Shown in pieces: positions 25,889 through 38,577 of a stretch of DNA of 64,000 nucleotides (its first letter is position 1; the number at the start of each line of letters is the position of its first letter). The stretch is from Camelus ferus (Eukaryota): assembly GCF_009834535.1 (NCBI RefSeq), contig NC_045696.1, positions 112,158,001 through 112,222,000 on the forward strand, given 5' to 3'. The notes beneath the pieces are model-generated. The model saw nothing but the letters and a program-made list of their open reading frames with translations, did not search any database and had not been told where the DNA came from. Both the position numbers and the translations under genes were made by a program.

Positions 25889-28007
25889 GTAAGACATAAG
25901 ACTTTAGAAGAAATCAAGTTGATATTTGACATGATGAATAATTTCACACACAAGGATATAAAGGCAGCACAGAACGAGGAAATGGCAGAAGGAAAAGAGG
26001 CTGGGACACAGGGTAGGGGGTTGGTGAATTGGTCATGCAGTCAGAGCAGGAAGACCCCTCAATGGCCGATTGTTAGATTGTGTGTTTTTAGCCCTGCTAA
26101 GCGTCTCTTCGGTCGACATTATACAGTGGGGATCAGTTCCCAAAGATGATCAGAGAAGGATTCAAACTGAAGCTGGCGTGTGAGCATAATACAGAGAAAA
26201 CAAGGCCTCATGGGGCAGTGGTAAGACTTTATAAACCATTTTAATTTACTACAATATTTTGAGGGAAAATAGTGAAGTCATGAAGAAAAAAGAAAATGCC
26301 CTAACAGTCTTTATGAAAACATCCTGACTGTCTCTAATGACTACACAGAATTTATTGTGGAAAAGAATCCTAAAATTTAGGAACTGGGGGTGGGTGGGCA
26401 GGTTGTGGAGGTTGGGGGACTTTTTGGGGTCAGATGTGTCTCAGCACCCCTTGGCTTGTTCTATTCTAGATGGATGGAACAGAAGATCCAAAAGCAACAT
26501 ACCTACTAGCAAAAAGATGGTCCTTATCACTTTCATTTCTAGTTGCTGATTACAGAAAAAATAACCACACTGTTCCAGAAATAGACTGATATACAACAAG
26601 CCTTTGACCTCCCCAATTAAGTTAGGATATAAAGATATCTCTAATGACTTTCTGCAGTGAATAGTTCCAAGCTATGTCACCTTTTCAAAATAATAATAAT
26701 ATAAAAACTGGCCTGAGAGTGTATCCTAAGTAAATAAATGCCTGAAATCTACACAGTGCAGAATCTACTGTAAACATTATTTTTTCTGCTCTGGAATGTA
26801 AAACTCCCTCGCTCCGCAAATACAGTGTTCACTTGGTCGAAAGATTACTTTCTCATCATGACCCGTCCCTTTTCAGGCAATGCTGAAATCCGCCGTTTGA
26901 GGCAAAGGAAATCAAAACTTCCCCGTATGCATGGACGCACGGCATGGTGCTGACCTGAGATCTCAGGCCTGTAAGGAAAAGACCCCTGGATCAGGGGCTT
27001 GTGGGAGGGGAGTTGAGCCCTTCTCAGTTTGGGTTGGGTAGATGAGCTTGTTGGGTCTGAGGGAGAGAGAATGGGAGTAAATTCAGTACATGTTGAGGAT
27101 AATGTAGGGCAGTGAGTTTACAAGAGTCCTACACGTGATGAGGTAGCCAGGTTCAAAATACACAGGTCCCCTCTTCCCTGAGGACAGCATGGCCACTTCA
27201 CAGGAGAAAGACCAGTTTTCCTTCCCACGAATGGATGGCTGCTATTAAGATAACTCCATGAGGATTTAGTTATTAGGTGGGAATTGCCTATGTCATCAAA
27301 TTGTATCCCAGGGGGACCATGGGGCTGTGACGGTGAGATCATAGTATCACAAGGGTGAGAGGGTCAGGAAAAACTCCTGTCAGTTCCCTTATCCCTCCTG
27401 ACCACCCCCCACCACCCCACTTTTGGGAAGACAGAACTGTACCATTAATTGAAACCTGTCATCGGTCATAGTAGAATTTCCTTTCATCTTCCAGGCCTGA
27501 GCATGCAAATATATTGCCCTCATGTGTCACTGGAAACTGTCTTTAGTACTGTAGTTAAGAAAAATGAATAGCTAAATCAGATCTCCTTAATTCTCCTTTG
27601 TTGGTAATCAACCGCAAATGCGGAGTTCATGAAAGGCTTATCATGAAAGACATATCATGAGTTACTCTAAGTGATGTGCACTGCAAGAGTTAAAATAAAA
27701 TGTTGGCGAGTGGACACAAAGAAAAGGACATTAAGGATATTGCCCGAGGACAGTGCTGAAAGAATCAAAACCTCCTGAAATTCCCCTGTCTAGTAGGTCA
27801 TGAGAGCCTCAAGGTGAGAATGTTTAAGTGTGGGGGCCCTTCACGGTTCTGCTAAGCACTGTTGTAGCTGCCGCGTGGTTGGTTGGAAATCATCCTTTCA
27901 GGAAGACCAGAGAACTCTGCATTTTCTCCTAAAGAGCCCCTTCTTGAATAAGGACCTGAGCAGATCCCTGTCATTGTTCTAGATAATGGATTACCTATAC
28001 ATACATT

Positions 28008-28363
28008 NNNNNNNNNNNNNNNNNNNNNNNNNNNNNNNNNNNNNNNNNNNNNNNNNNNNNNNNNNNNNNNNNNNNNNNNNNNNNNNNNNNNNNNNNNNNN
28101 NNNNNNNNNNNNNNNNNNNNNNNNNNNNNNNNNNNNNNNNNNNNNNNNNNNNNNNNNNNNNNNNNNNNNNNNNNNNNNNNNNNNNNNNNNNNNNNNNNNN
28201 NNNNNNNNNNNCTACATTAGACANNNNNNNNNNNNNNNNNNNNNNNNNNNNNNNNNNNNNNNNNNNNNNNNNNNNNNNNNNNNNNNNNNNNNNNNNNNNN
28301 NNNNNNNNNNNNNNNNNNNNNNNNNNNNNNNNNNNNNNNNNNNNNNNNNNNNNNNNNNNNNNN
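28008..28363. other. N-gap cluster (204 + 140 N) with a 12-bp island; flanks not L1
   Basis: N runs at 28008-28211 and 28224-28363. Confidence 0.95.
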
Positions 28364-30724
28364 ATGGCTGCGAACTCAGAATGGGATTGAGTGCCTGGTG
28401 GTGACTGAGCTCAGCTACACATCAGGAGGGGAAAACAGGGGGAAAGGAGCGGCAGACTTTCCTCGGATTTTCTGTTCTTCAGTTTAACAAATATACCAGA
28501 TTAATAATTGCACAGTGAGGCAAACTTTGCTCCAATGAAACTTTTTCTCCGTGACACATGTTCAAGATCTCCAGTTAACCATTCAACAAGGTGTCCGTTG
28601 CTTCAGCAACGGTGGGGTCCTGAAATACATCATCAACTCAGACTTCCTCTAATTACAAATTTGTGAAAATTCAGATGGAGGTTGGGTGGTGTGAAGAAAA
28701 AGTTTAGCACATCTAATTAATAGTCGGGAAGAAGTGCCGGGAGAACGTTTTTATCCCAGAGAACTGTCTAAAATCGCCCTGAAGTTTGTAGGGGGCATCC
28801 TTTGACGTATCCCTGAGATGATGCTTACATACTATTGTCAATGAACGAAGAGTCTTCCTCAGTGATCTCTTTTAGTTAGTATTTTCTTACCCGATCCCAT
28901 TTTCCTGTAACGATCTAAAAGCAATAAAATTGTGTCCGACAATTCAGACTACTCGCTAGTTTGCTGTTCCTCCACTTAGTCATAGATAGTGAGGTCTGGT
29001 TTGTCATTTCAGGCAACTGATTACTAGCCCCGTTACTGGCACTTCCGGACACCTCTTTTGGCAATCTCAAGTCTACTGACCACGAACATGGGACTGGCTT
29101 TTTATGCCACCTGAAATGAAGTCCTTGCTGTGTTCCATCCGAGATGGCATGGCCCAGAACTGCCAAGGTCAGTTCTTCCTCAGGAAGTTAGAGAACAGAT
29201 CAGATTTCCCCTCCGAGGTCTCTCACCTGTCGTTCCACCCGCCCTCCCTCCCTTCATCACTCCTTCCCCTGTCTCTGCCTCCCTCCTGCCCTTCCATTCA
29301 TCCAACCATCCACTCACGCCCTTACCAATCAAAGATCCAGCATCTATTTAAAGCCTTCTCCGTGCCAGACAGGAGGTGGGCACCCAGGAGGCCATAAAGG
29401 ACAAGACGGGGCAGCTGCCCTTGTAAGAAGATATTTTCAATGATGATATTAGTCTCCTTACCTATGCAAACATGTTGTGTTTTTCACACCACTTCTAATC
29501 ATCAAGTTCTTATGGTTAGTTGTGAGTTTTCCCTAGGTCAGCCCTCATGGAGTTGTAATTTCACACACAAGAACAACGCTGAGAGGGAAAGAAGGGACCT
29601 GATGTGAATTACTTATTCTCTCTGGTCCTCATTCTTTCATCTGTTTGATGCCAAGATATCCAGGTAGTTTCTAGGATCCCTTCTCAGATTCTAGGATTTG
29701 AATAATTTTTGCTGTCCCTTATAATAACCTTTCCCATTCATGAAAATGCCTCCAATATTTAATAAAAAACAAAACAAAGACGTACAAAACGTCATCTGTG
29801 TCATACTTGTCAGTGGTCTGCAATGCAATTTGTCCTTTTCTTGTCTTTTCTTTTTATCATTTACACTAACAACTTTGCCGGCCTCTCCTCAACTGGCAGG
29901 CTCGTTTACCTTCTTAAAAAGTTACTACCGTCCGAATCTGGTGCTAACACCAAGTCTGTCTTCACTACTATTTTAACCCTGTCTCGGCCTCAGTACCGTC
30001 CTGGTTTTTCTCTTCTACTGATAGATCTGAATTATGTATTATTTCCCCTAGGCATGCTTTTCCAAGTGAAATAAAATTTCATGTTCTGTTCCTAGTTCTA
30101 ATCCCACTAGATCCTGTGGCATTTTTATAACTCAGCCCTATTACATGTATTACACAGGGCATTTTAGGGGATTTAAGGTAGATGCTCCCCTGTAATTAAG
30201 GCTTTCTTTTACTAGGATATGTCACGTTTCATGTGTCTGCAATTGTGGAGAAAAATGACACGCTCCCTCTCCCAATAAGTAGATAGAACAGGAATCATAG
30301 AAATATATAGAAAAGCTGTCTGGATAGAATGGCCCTCAGTTTCCCGGTGGGGTCAGCTTGGTGGCACATAGAAAAAGTTTACTGAAGACAATAGGAAACT
30401 GTTTTGACAAAATCTTTAAGCCAAATTCAGAAATATATTAAAAATGTCTAAGCATATTCTTTTAGGCAGAAAAAGAGTATGGATCAGGGCCCAGTTAGAA
30501 AAACCACCCTGCTCTAGATGAGCCAGTAGAAGGAATTTAATACAGCAACTGGTCAGCAGTGTTTTGCAAGAGCTGAAAATGGAAAGAGGTGGTGATAGAA
30601 ATTAACATAGGCAGGAAGCCGGAGGGGATGAAGGGACGAGGTGGCGTGAACCAAGGCCCGGGCCCTCCCCTTCCTTGTCTGTGCATCCTTTTGGCTAAGC
30701 CAGGAAGGAAGAAGTGCGTTGTGA

Positions 30725-30870
30725 GAGGGTGATGGAGACGTTAGCTGTCTTGATTGTGGTGGTGGTGTCATGGGTGTGTACATCTGTCAAAATTCATCAA
30801 ATTGTACATCTGAAATATGTGTAGTTTACTGTACAGGAACCATACCACAATAAAGGTGTTTAAAAATAAT
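30725..30870 (+). mobile_element. L1M (L1MB/L1MC-type) 3' end
   Basis: gggtgatggagacgttagctgtcttgattgtggtggtgg...catctgtcaaaattcatcaaattgtacatc...aataaaggtg. Confidence 0.85.
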
Positions 30871-30900
30871 ATTAGAAAAAGAACAAGAAGAGCGGGAAGT

Positions 30901-32100
30901 TAGTGGGACTTAAGGACTTCTTGCCTTGAAGACCCCTTACAAGGCCCTAGGGAGGCCCTAGCAACTTGTGGACATGGTCATATGTGCACAATTTGAAAAA
31001 TATGCTGCTTTAACTCACAGCGATAACTGCCGTCTTTGTCCCCTCTACATCCTCCCCCTCTGTTACGCTTCCTCTTGAACTAGGTGGCATTCAAATGGCC
31101 TGGGGCATGTTTAGGGGCTGGCTAGGGAAGGTGATTTAGTTAATGTTTCATGGGATAGATGTGTGCGGTTCACATTTATTTCTGCGTACAGTCTGGTGGT
31201 TGTTGTCATAGAAGTGAAGATGGCCAGCACCACTCAGTACGTAGACATCCTGCCGACATCAGACTGTCCCGTGCCCCTAAGCGTTTTCCACATCTCACAT
31301 GCGTTTTCAGCATCCCAGCAGGCATTCAGACAGGTGAAAGAGTTTCTCCCGGTGTCAGAGCCCCGGCAGTAAAACATGGCTGTCTGCTGTGCTGATTGCC
31401 CTGGTCTGCCCTCAGATGACCTCACATGAGAACACTGGTGGAAAGTCATTTGGCCACAACGTAAGAAGCTTGAACTGCCTGAAAAGTCTTAGAGCTCTTC
31501 TAGGAAAGCAAGTCGATAGAGTCTTGCCCACAATTGACAAAGATCCTAAAAATGCACATCACCACATTCATAATGAGCTGATAATGGAAATGTTTCTAAA
31601 TTATCAATAATGAAAACATGAATTCCAGTCAGCAGACTGAGGAGAGACCAAATTATATTTCTCCTTTTCTCGTTAGAAAATTACTGTCATAGTTAGAGGC
31701 AATCAAATAGTAGAAAGTCAAAAATTCTAGGAAAAAAAGTATGAGAGATATCTGCAACATTTCAACAAAAATATGATTTTTTTCAGCTTTTTATTTTTAT
31801 TTGTTCTTTTCTTTTTAAACTATATATATGTTTATTGAAGTGTAGTCAATTTACAATGTTGTGTCAGTTTCTGGTGTACAGCACAATGGTTCAGTCACAC
31901 ATGAACATACGTATATCATTTGTTCTTTTCTTTTCTCATTCTAAGTGCATTTTTAAGATTTGTTAACTTGTGATTTTCCTCTCATTAAAGTAAATAGTCC
32001 CTTTTGCACAGCATTTTCTATTTATAATTTTGAATTATTCTTTTATCAAAGAGGGCTCCCAAATTGCAATAACATTAGGCCCTACAAACCTGCTGACACA
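30901..32100 (+). mobile_element. Decayed hAT DNA transposon (Tip100/Zaphod-like deletion derivative)
   Basis: 31575-31690 translates, with stops and frameshifts, as NVSKLSIMK...TEERPNYIS, resembling the hAT C-terminal dimerisation motif (ERNFSKLSIIKN...LEERLNYLS). The 3' end aaagagggctcccaaattg...ggccctacaaacctg is Tip100-like. Subfamily uncertain. Confidence 0.65.
31816..31917 (-). mobile_element. About 102-bp L1 3' tail with perfect 17-bp TSD
   Basis: TSD atttgttcttttctttt at 31799-31815 and 31918-31934; the insert matches the camelid L1 3' end. Confidence 0.9.
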
Positions 32101-32794
32101 GGAGCTTGGGGATCTATTTCATGGTGTTTGCCCTGTACACACAGACAGAGCAGACTAGGGGCAGGGAGGGGAAGGGGTCTTGAAGCCAACAGGCAAAAGA
32201 CAAGCACTCAAGATCTTAAGGAGCTCAGGGTTTCTCTGGGAGGACCAGAGAACAAGGCTTGGACATCACACAACCAGTGATAATGGCTAACTCAAAACCA
32301 GGGAATGGAGGCAGCCCAGATCTTTCCTATATTGGCACACACCTTCCAACTCACACCACCAACACACCAATGATGGGTTTTGAACGGTACCACTGACACA
32401 CCTGCCAAGGCTACTGCCAGAGATGCAACGTAGCTCTTGCAAGATGAACTGTGTGCATGTGTGTGTTCCTTTGGGTCACTAGTTGTCCCCTCTGAGTCTG
32501 GTTCCTCTCTGTTTGATTGGAGGAGCCCAGGTCACTCACTTGCACCCTAGGTGCTAGCAAGGCTTGGAAAATGAGTCTTCTTGTCCCCATAAGATGGGAA
32601 CTTCCAAAGAAAGAAATACGTTGAAAGAAAAAAAATAACCAAAAAAAAAAAAAAATACCCAAACATCCTCTATAGCAACACCATTATCATTCCTAGTTTC
32701 TGCAATGGAAATAGAAACAGAAGCTACCAGTGAAAGTACTCTGCTATGTTCACATAGCCTGAAATTGACAGAACTGGGAGGCTACCTCCAGACC

Positions 32795-33180
32795 TGGGGG
32801 CACAGGTTCAAATGGCTGCAGGATCCACTGAGTGATGCAGATGAGGAGGAGAAAAGTAACAGCCCAGGTGTGATGGCAAAACTGATCCTTATTCTTCATG
32901 GCTAGGGACGACAGGGAGTGGTAAGGACTGTGGCCAACTAGAGACTCATGTTTAGCAAAGAGGGACAGCTGCTCCTAAGCTCCTGCTGGTTGTGGCCATG
33001 CAGGAACACTGGCCAGTGGATCCAGATATGCTGACTTTAAGAGAGAGGCGAGAAACCTAGATTTCATTGTGAGTTGCCCTGATTTTTATATCTTGTTAAA
33101 AACTGCAAAAAACTTTGTAAACATTGTTTGGGCCAAAGCTGCACAAGCCCATTTGCTGCAGGATTATCATCTCTGTTTGC
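32795..33180 (-). mobile_element. MER102-like (hAT-Charlie)
   Basis: acagggagtggtaaggactgtggccaactagag...cagctgctcctaagctcc...ttgtggccatgcagg...ccagatatgctg...ttgtttgggccaaa. Confidence 0.75.
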
Positions 33181-33294
33181 AGTATCAGCTCTTGCCCACT
33201 AAGCCACATCGCCACACCTCCTCTCATAAGGGGATGCATTGGATGCCCCCACTGTTAACTCCCAGGATTTGCTTTTCCTCTCGATTTGACCAGA

Positions 33295-33480
33295 CCAGAG
33301 TTAGGACTGAGTTTGCAAAGCCCTGACTTTACTGCTTTTTAGCTATGTAATCTTAGATAAGTCCTCTAACTTCTCATCTGTCAAGTAAATATTAAAAAAA
33401 AAAATCCTCTCTGCCTACCTCCCAGGGTCGTTGTGGGAATCAGATAAAATATTGGCTCTAAATGTGTTTTGAAAACCATC
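33295..33480 (+). mobile_element. MIR
   Basis: agaccagagttagg...tagctatgtaatcttagataagtc...ttctcatctgtcaag...cctacctcccagggtcgttgtg. Confidence 0.7.
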
Positions 33481-34344
33481 AAGACCTATGGAAAAGTCAG
33501 GACATAATTTTGAACGAAAATTTTCCGAAAGGTAATTAGCCAAAATTCCCCCTTTCCATTTATAGAAATAGCACACAAATTTTTCTTCCGTCTCTGACTC
33601 TACCCCCACCCTCCTTGGCATTTCAAAAATGATTGCCTTGGATTCAAGAAGTTCATTAACCACTTCCCCTTACACCGCAGGAAAACAGCTCCTCTGCCCC
33701 AACTAACTTACATTTTGAACACAGCATTTATTTTTTCACATATCTTCTTTTTTTCTTTTTTACCAAGTACAACATTCATGAGTCTAGTTTTCACTTGAAT
33801 TTTTCTGTGGTGACTTGAAACTCCCTCACTGCCACCAGGAGATGGAATTACTTAGGAGGTCAGCTGAGGGGCAGAGCAGGGGCGGCTTAAGCATGTGTCT
33901 CCATGTCCCCCACTGTCATTCCCCACGTTTTTTGAGAGTTTGTGTCATGAGCCTGGACTGTGCACGTACCATATGTGCCCCAGGGAAAGACATTCTCGTT
34001 GAAAGGCAGAAGAAACCCATCACTTAGAGGAAGAAGGGAACCCATTTGGCAATGGTGTCCCATTTCGTATTTCCCTTCTGCGATTTCCCTTCTACAGCAT
34101 GAAGTCAGGCTTAAGTCTCACCCTGCTTGCCCATGGAGGCCTTCAATCGACCCATTTCCACTGATGTGACAATATCTACCATCCACATGAGGAATGTCTG
34201 GGGAGGAACACCTGAAATTTGAAAATTTGATAGCTATTGCTAATTTTTTTCTAGTCTTCAGTTTTGTCATTGACAAGATCATAAGAATTATTTTTATTGT
34301 GTTTAAGGACAATTGTTACATTTAATAAAAGTATAAAATTAAAA

Positions 34345-34530
34345 AGTCATGGGGCTGTAATGCACAGCACAGGAAATACAGTCAATAATATCAGAGTAAC
34401 TTTGGATGGTGACAGCTGGAAACTAGACTTATCATGGTGATCATTTTGTAAAGTATAAAAACACTGAATCACTTTGCTATATACCTGAAACTAACACAAC
34501 ACTGTAAGTCCTCTACACTCTAACACAAAA
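34345..34530 (+). mobile_element. Older cetartiodactyl L1 3' UTR
   Basis: gtaatgcacagcacaggaaatacagtcaataatat...agacttatcatggtgatcatttt...tgaatcactttgctatatacctgaaactaac. Confidence 0.8.
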
Positions 34531-34899
34531 CATATGAAATTCAGGCATTTGTATTGTTATAAAATTTATACTATGTTTGCATATTTAATTGGATATTATA
34601 AGTTCAATAAAAACAAATCTCACTTTTATCAATCAGAATTTTTTTGCTGATTTTATCAGAGAGCTATTATTAATTAAATAAAAACTGTAAACAGAGAATC
34701 TGTGATAAAAGAAAAAGTCCCATTGGGAAAGCTCTTGTTTTCAGGTGTACGAGGCCTTTTTGACTAAAAAGGAAATGAAGAAATCCTTTAGTAAATACCT
34801 AGACACTGTGGACAGCTGGTGTTCTATCTTTCCAAATTCTATCAGTGGACTCTTCTAATAACTGTTCACAAGGTGCTGGTCAGAATCTGGTCTTCACTC

Positions 34900-35300
34900 C
34901 AATTCTCTGTTCTTGCCAAGTGAGACCTCATTCTGCTCCCACAGTGCACACACTCATACTCACTCATACTCTCCACACTTCCCCTAAGGTTGTTCTCTCG
35001 GTCTGATATGTCTCTCCCGGATGCCCTCACCTACCTGGAATCTACATCCTTCCAAGCTGGGCAAAAGTCTATTGTCCTCCATGAAGCCCTCCGTGATCAC
35101 CCTCGTCCCCACTACCTCTCCCTTTCCCCTCACTCTGACCCACTATTTAGCACAGTATGTCCTGCTCTGGTGCCTACCTGCCATTCTTATCTGTCTACTT
35201 GAACTTGAAGTTCAGGGCCATTGTGTATACGTTTCCTCTAAGTGCCAGAGTGTCTAGTCCACAGCAGGGCTTGGCGCAGAATAGCAGCTCAGTAAAAAAT
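34900..35300 (+). mobile_element. L2 3' region
   Basis: cctccatgaagccctccgtgatcacc...cagggccattgtgtatac...cagggcttggcgcagaatagcagctcagtaaaaaatg. Confidence 0.7.
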
Positions 35301-35524
35301 GGGTTTACTGCAAATTCCGGCCTTGGGGGTTTCACCACAAGATGTAATTTGGTGTCTCCAGGCTTGTAGAGCTTGTGAGCTTCAGAGGGAAAACAGTCAA
35401 GCAGATACAGGTGCTCAGAGATGTAGCACTGCCTTGGGAAGTGGTGAGGATCCTGTTTCTGGAAGTATGACCACTGGTATGAGTGGCATGGAATGGACTT
35501 AAGCATGAGTGGAAAGGGGTAAAG

Positions 35525-35615
35525 GAAATAAAGGCCCAGAGAGGTAAAGTGGTCAGCCCAAAGTCACACAGCAGGCAAGCAGCAAAGCTAGCACTTAAAC
35601 CCTGGCCCTCCTACT
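35525..35615 (-). mobile_element. MIR core fragment
   Basis: aggcccagagaggtaaagtggtcagcccaaagtcacacagc. Confidence 0.75.
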
Positions 35616-35847
35616 CGCAGATGATCACACATCTAGAGACCCTCGGCCTGAATGTGCTACCCTCTGTGTGCCACACTGTACTTGGAAGGGTACAGGCCTG
35701 ATGTGGCCATTATGTTAAATGTCAAACCCTCTGTTTCCACAGGGGTAGAGATTTTTGTTTTGTTCACTGTGATAGCCCAAGTATTTGTCAGGTAGTAGGT
35801 ACTAAACAAAGAGATGCCTAATGTTGAATGAATGAGTGCCTAGAAAA

Positions 35848-36245
35848 TGTGAGGATAAGTCAGATAGGCCAGGCTATGTTACAAAAACTACTCCCAAATC
35901 TCAGCCCCTTACAGAAACAAAGGACTATTTCTCACCCAGGCTCCAGGTCCACCCTGACTTAGCAGGTGATCCATTCCCTGCTACCACATTCTGAGACCCA
36001 GATGCATACAAGAGCCACCATCTTGAATGGTGCTGGTCACCATGCCAGAGAGAGAGAGAGGTCCAGCGTTTTGAACTGGTAGTTACATGCTTGGTCTGGA
36101 AATGATGGACATCATTTTCACGTTCATGATTTGCTGGCTAGATTTCATTATGTAGTCTGCTCAGACCTATGAAGCCAGCAAAGGCAACCCTACCATGCTG
36201 CCAAAAGGTGGTGAGTCAGAGATATGTGCAGGACAGCATTTGTGG
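35848..36245 (-). mobile_element. MLT1K/L-like MaLR LTR
   Basis: gataggccaggctatg...caaatctcagccccttacagaaacaaaggactatttctc...ggaaatgatggacatc...caaccctaccatg. Confidence 0.75.
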
Positions 36246-36499
36246 CTCCTGTGACGTATCTTTGCTTTTAGCCACTTTCCTTCCATTTGAAGTAGATGAA
36301 GTAGGTTGGAAAAGGGTAAATAGTTTGTAAGAAGCCAAACCTCACATGGATGGATGAAGGGAGAAAGAATTAGAGGCATTTGCTTTATTTGTTCCCAGAT
36401 AAGAAGCAATTAGCAGATGTTAAGGACTCAGGAAATCAGAGACGCAGTTCAGGCAGGTATGGTGGCGGTGGGGGTGGGGGATATCAGTAGAAAAAGGAT

Positions 36500-37530
36500 A
36501 TAGGTGGGAAAAACAGAAAGATAACATTTTACATATCAGAAAAGGGGTTTTAGTAGATATTATGGACAGGATGTTTGTGTCACCCTCAAAATCATGGGGT
36601 GGAGCCCTAACTCCCAATGTGATGGTATTTAGAAGTGGGGTCTATGGGGGCTGATTAGCTTTAGATGAAGTCATGAGGGTTGGACCTCATGGTGGGATTA
36701 GTGTCCTTATAAGAAGAGGAGACAGAGAGACCCCTCTCTTCATATGCACACAGCCAAGGAGAGCACATGTAAGGACACAGTGAGAAGGTGGCTGTCTACA
36801 AACAGGAAGTGGGCTCTTGCAGGAGCCAAATATGCCAGCCCTTTGGTCTTATAATTCCCAGCCTCCAGAACCACGAGAATATGGTTTATTGTTTAAGCCA
36901 ACCAGCCTGTGGTGTTTTGTTATAGCAGCCAGAGCTGACTCAGATAGTTGACTCATGTATGATCTGAATCAACAGTGAGATGTGGTCTCCCCAAAGGCAA
37001 ATTAAATTTTAGTTGACAGGAATAGAAATATTAATTCCAGAATGAGGGAGGTGATGACTCTGCCTAACTCCACCTGGGTGGAACCACACCTGGAATATTG
37101 CATTAGTACCTGGTGATGGATTACAGCATCCAGAGGAACGTGGTTGGATTGGTAAAGACCTCAGTGCTCAGACATAAAGGGAACAAAGGAAGTTGATTGG
37201 AATATCTGTTGAAGAAGAACACACTCAGGGAGAACATAACACTAGTTCTCGATATCTGAATGATCATGGCATTGAGGAAAGTTCATACTTGTCTGTATGT
37301 CTGCAAAGCAGAGGACTGTGACCACATGCAAATAACCTACAAGGAGACAGAATTTTACTTGATACAAGGAAGAATTCCTAACAAAGCCAGCAAAATATGG
37401 AATGGTATGTTTGAGGATTTTATAATTTTTCCAGTACTGGCAATGTTATTGAGGGCAATCAAACATCAGTCAGGTGGGGAGGACAACCAGGTGATGTCTA
37501 AGATTCCACCTCACTCAAAAAGCTTATAGT
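36500..37530 (+). mobile_element. L3/CR1 3' region, interrupted by MLT1A
   Basis: agggaggtgatgactctgcc...accacacctggaatattgc...catccagagg...aaggaagaattcctaac...ccagtactgg...gatgtctaagattccacc follows the L3 consensus. The left stub aaaggggttttagtaga rejoins gttgactc after the LTR. Confidence 0.8.
36558..36946 (+). mobile_element. MLT1A-type solo LTR with 5-bp TSD
   Basis: tattatggacaggatgtttgtgtcaccctc...ctaactcccaatgtgatggtatt...gtttaagccaaccagcctgtggtgttttgttatagcagccagagctgactcagata; TSD gtaga / gttga. Confidence 0.9.
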
Positions 37531-37607
37531 GCAGCTCTGAGGAGCAGCTGTACCTACTCTTGGCCACCATAATGTAGGAGATTTTGGAGAAACACAATTC
37601 TTTAGGC

Positions 37608-37826
37608 CAGGGATTATCAAATGTTTTCCTGTGAGGGACCGAAGAGCAAATACATCAGGGTTTGCTGTCTGTGAGGTCTGTATGGTGACTATTCAACTCC
37701 GCTGCTGGAGTGCAAAACCAGCCCGGGACACGAGGTAAACAAACGAACATATTTGTGTTTCAATAAAACTTTATTTACAAAGCAGGTCTCAGGTCGGATT
37801 CGGTTTGTGGATCTTGCCAACCCCTG
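37608..37826 (+). mobile_element. MER58A (hAT-Charlie)
   Basis: cagggattatcaaatgttttcctgtgaggg...ttcaataaaactttatttacaaa...cttgccaacccctg, full length. Confidence 0.88.
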
Positions 37827-38577
37827 CTGTGGATGCTAAGCAGGATTCCAGTTAGAGAAGCTGCTTATCCAAGAAATCTACATTCTGAGTGCCTCATCCT
37901 CTTTCTAGCAATAGAGACACCGAGGCCAAAAGGTTAGAGAAGGTGCTCATCTCTGTCCGAAGACAAGGAAACCAAATGGTCCCCAGCTTAGCAAGACGTG
38001 GCAAGAGCTCTGAAGAAGGCACCCATGTTCATGACAATGGCTTGAAAACACAGAACACAGTAAAAGGAAATCGGTTTTTTAGGAGAGATGTTTTTGTTTG
38101 ACTTTCAAAACTGGCTCATGGCACATCGTAAGAAGACAAAACTGCTTGTTTTGATGGCAACTGAAGATGCCACTGAGGGATCGGTATCTGGTCCAGGGAC
38201 TTCTGAGATCAGCTGTAACCAGGCAACCAAATCTGGACCATGCCAGGAACTCATGTGGCTCCCTTACGGCTCTTGCAACTAATAGATACCATGAATGTTT
38301 TCTGGACCACAGTAAGGCCAGACGTGGGTCTCTGACCCTCGCAGTACGTGAAGGAACATGTCTCATTTACCACTGGTAGCTTGACGTGCTATCCTGAACA
38401 GGCCTGGATGATGAAAGCATGTACAGCTCTGGTCTTCACCCAGGAAGAGGCCAACCCAGGTAGGCAATTAAAACAGACAAATGAGTTTTGATTTGCACTC
38501 ACAAAAATGTTCAACCCAGCCTACCACCAGCAGACTTAGCTCATAAGCAGGCTGTATTATAATAGTATGCAAATTGT

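Noticed and set aside
869-29167. A single coding gene built from the exon candidates at 869, 6331, 25850 and 29013
   Set aside because: Every phase combination through 6331-6412 hits a stop, and the 29013 segment is closed in all frames.
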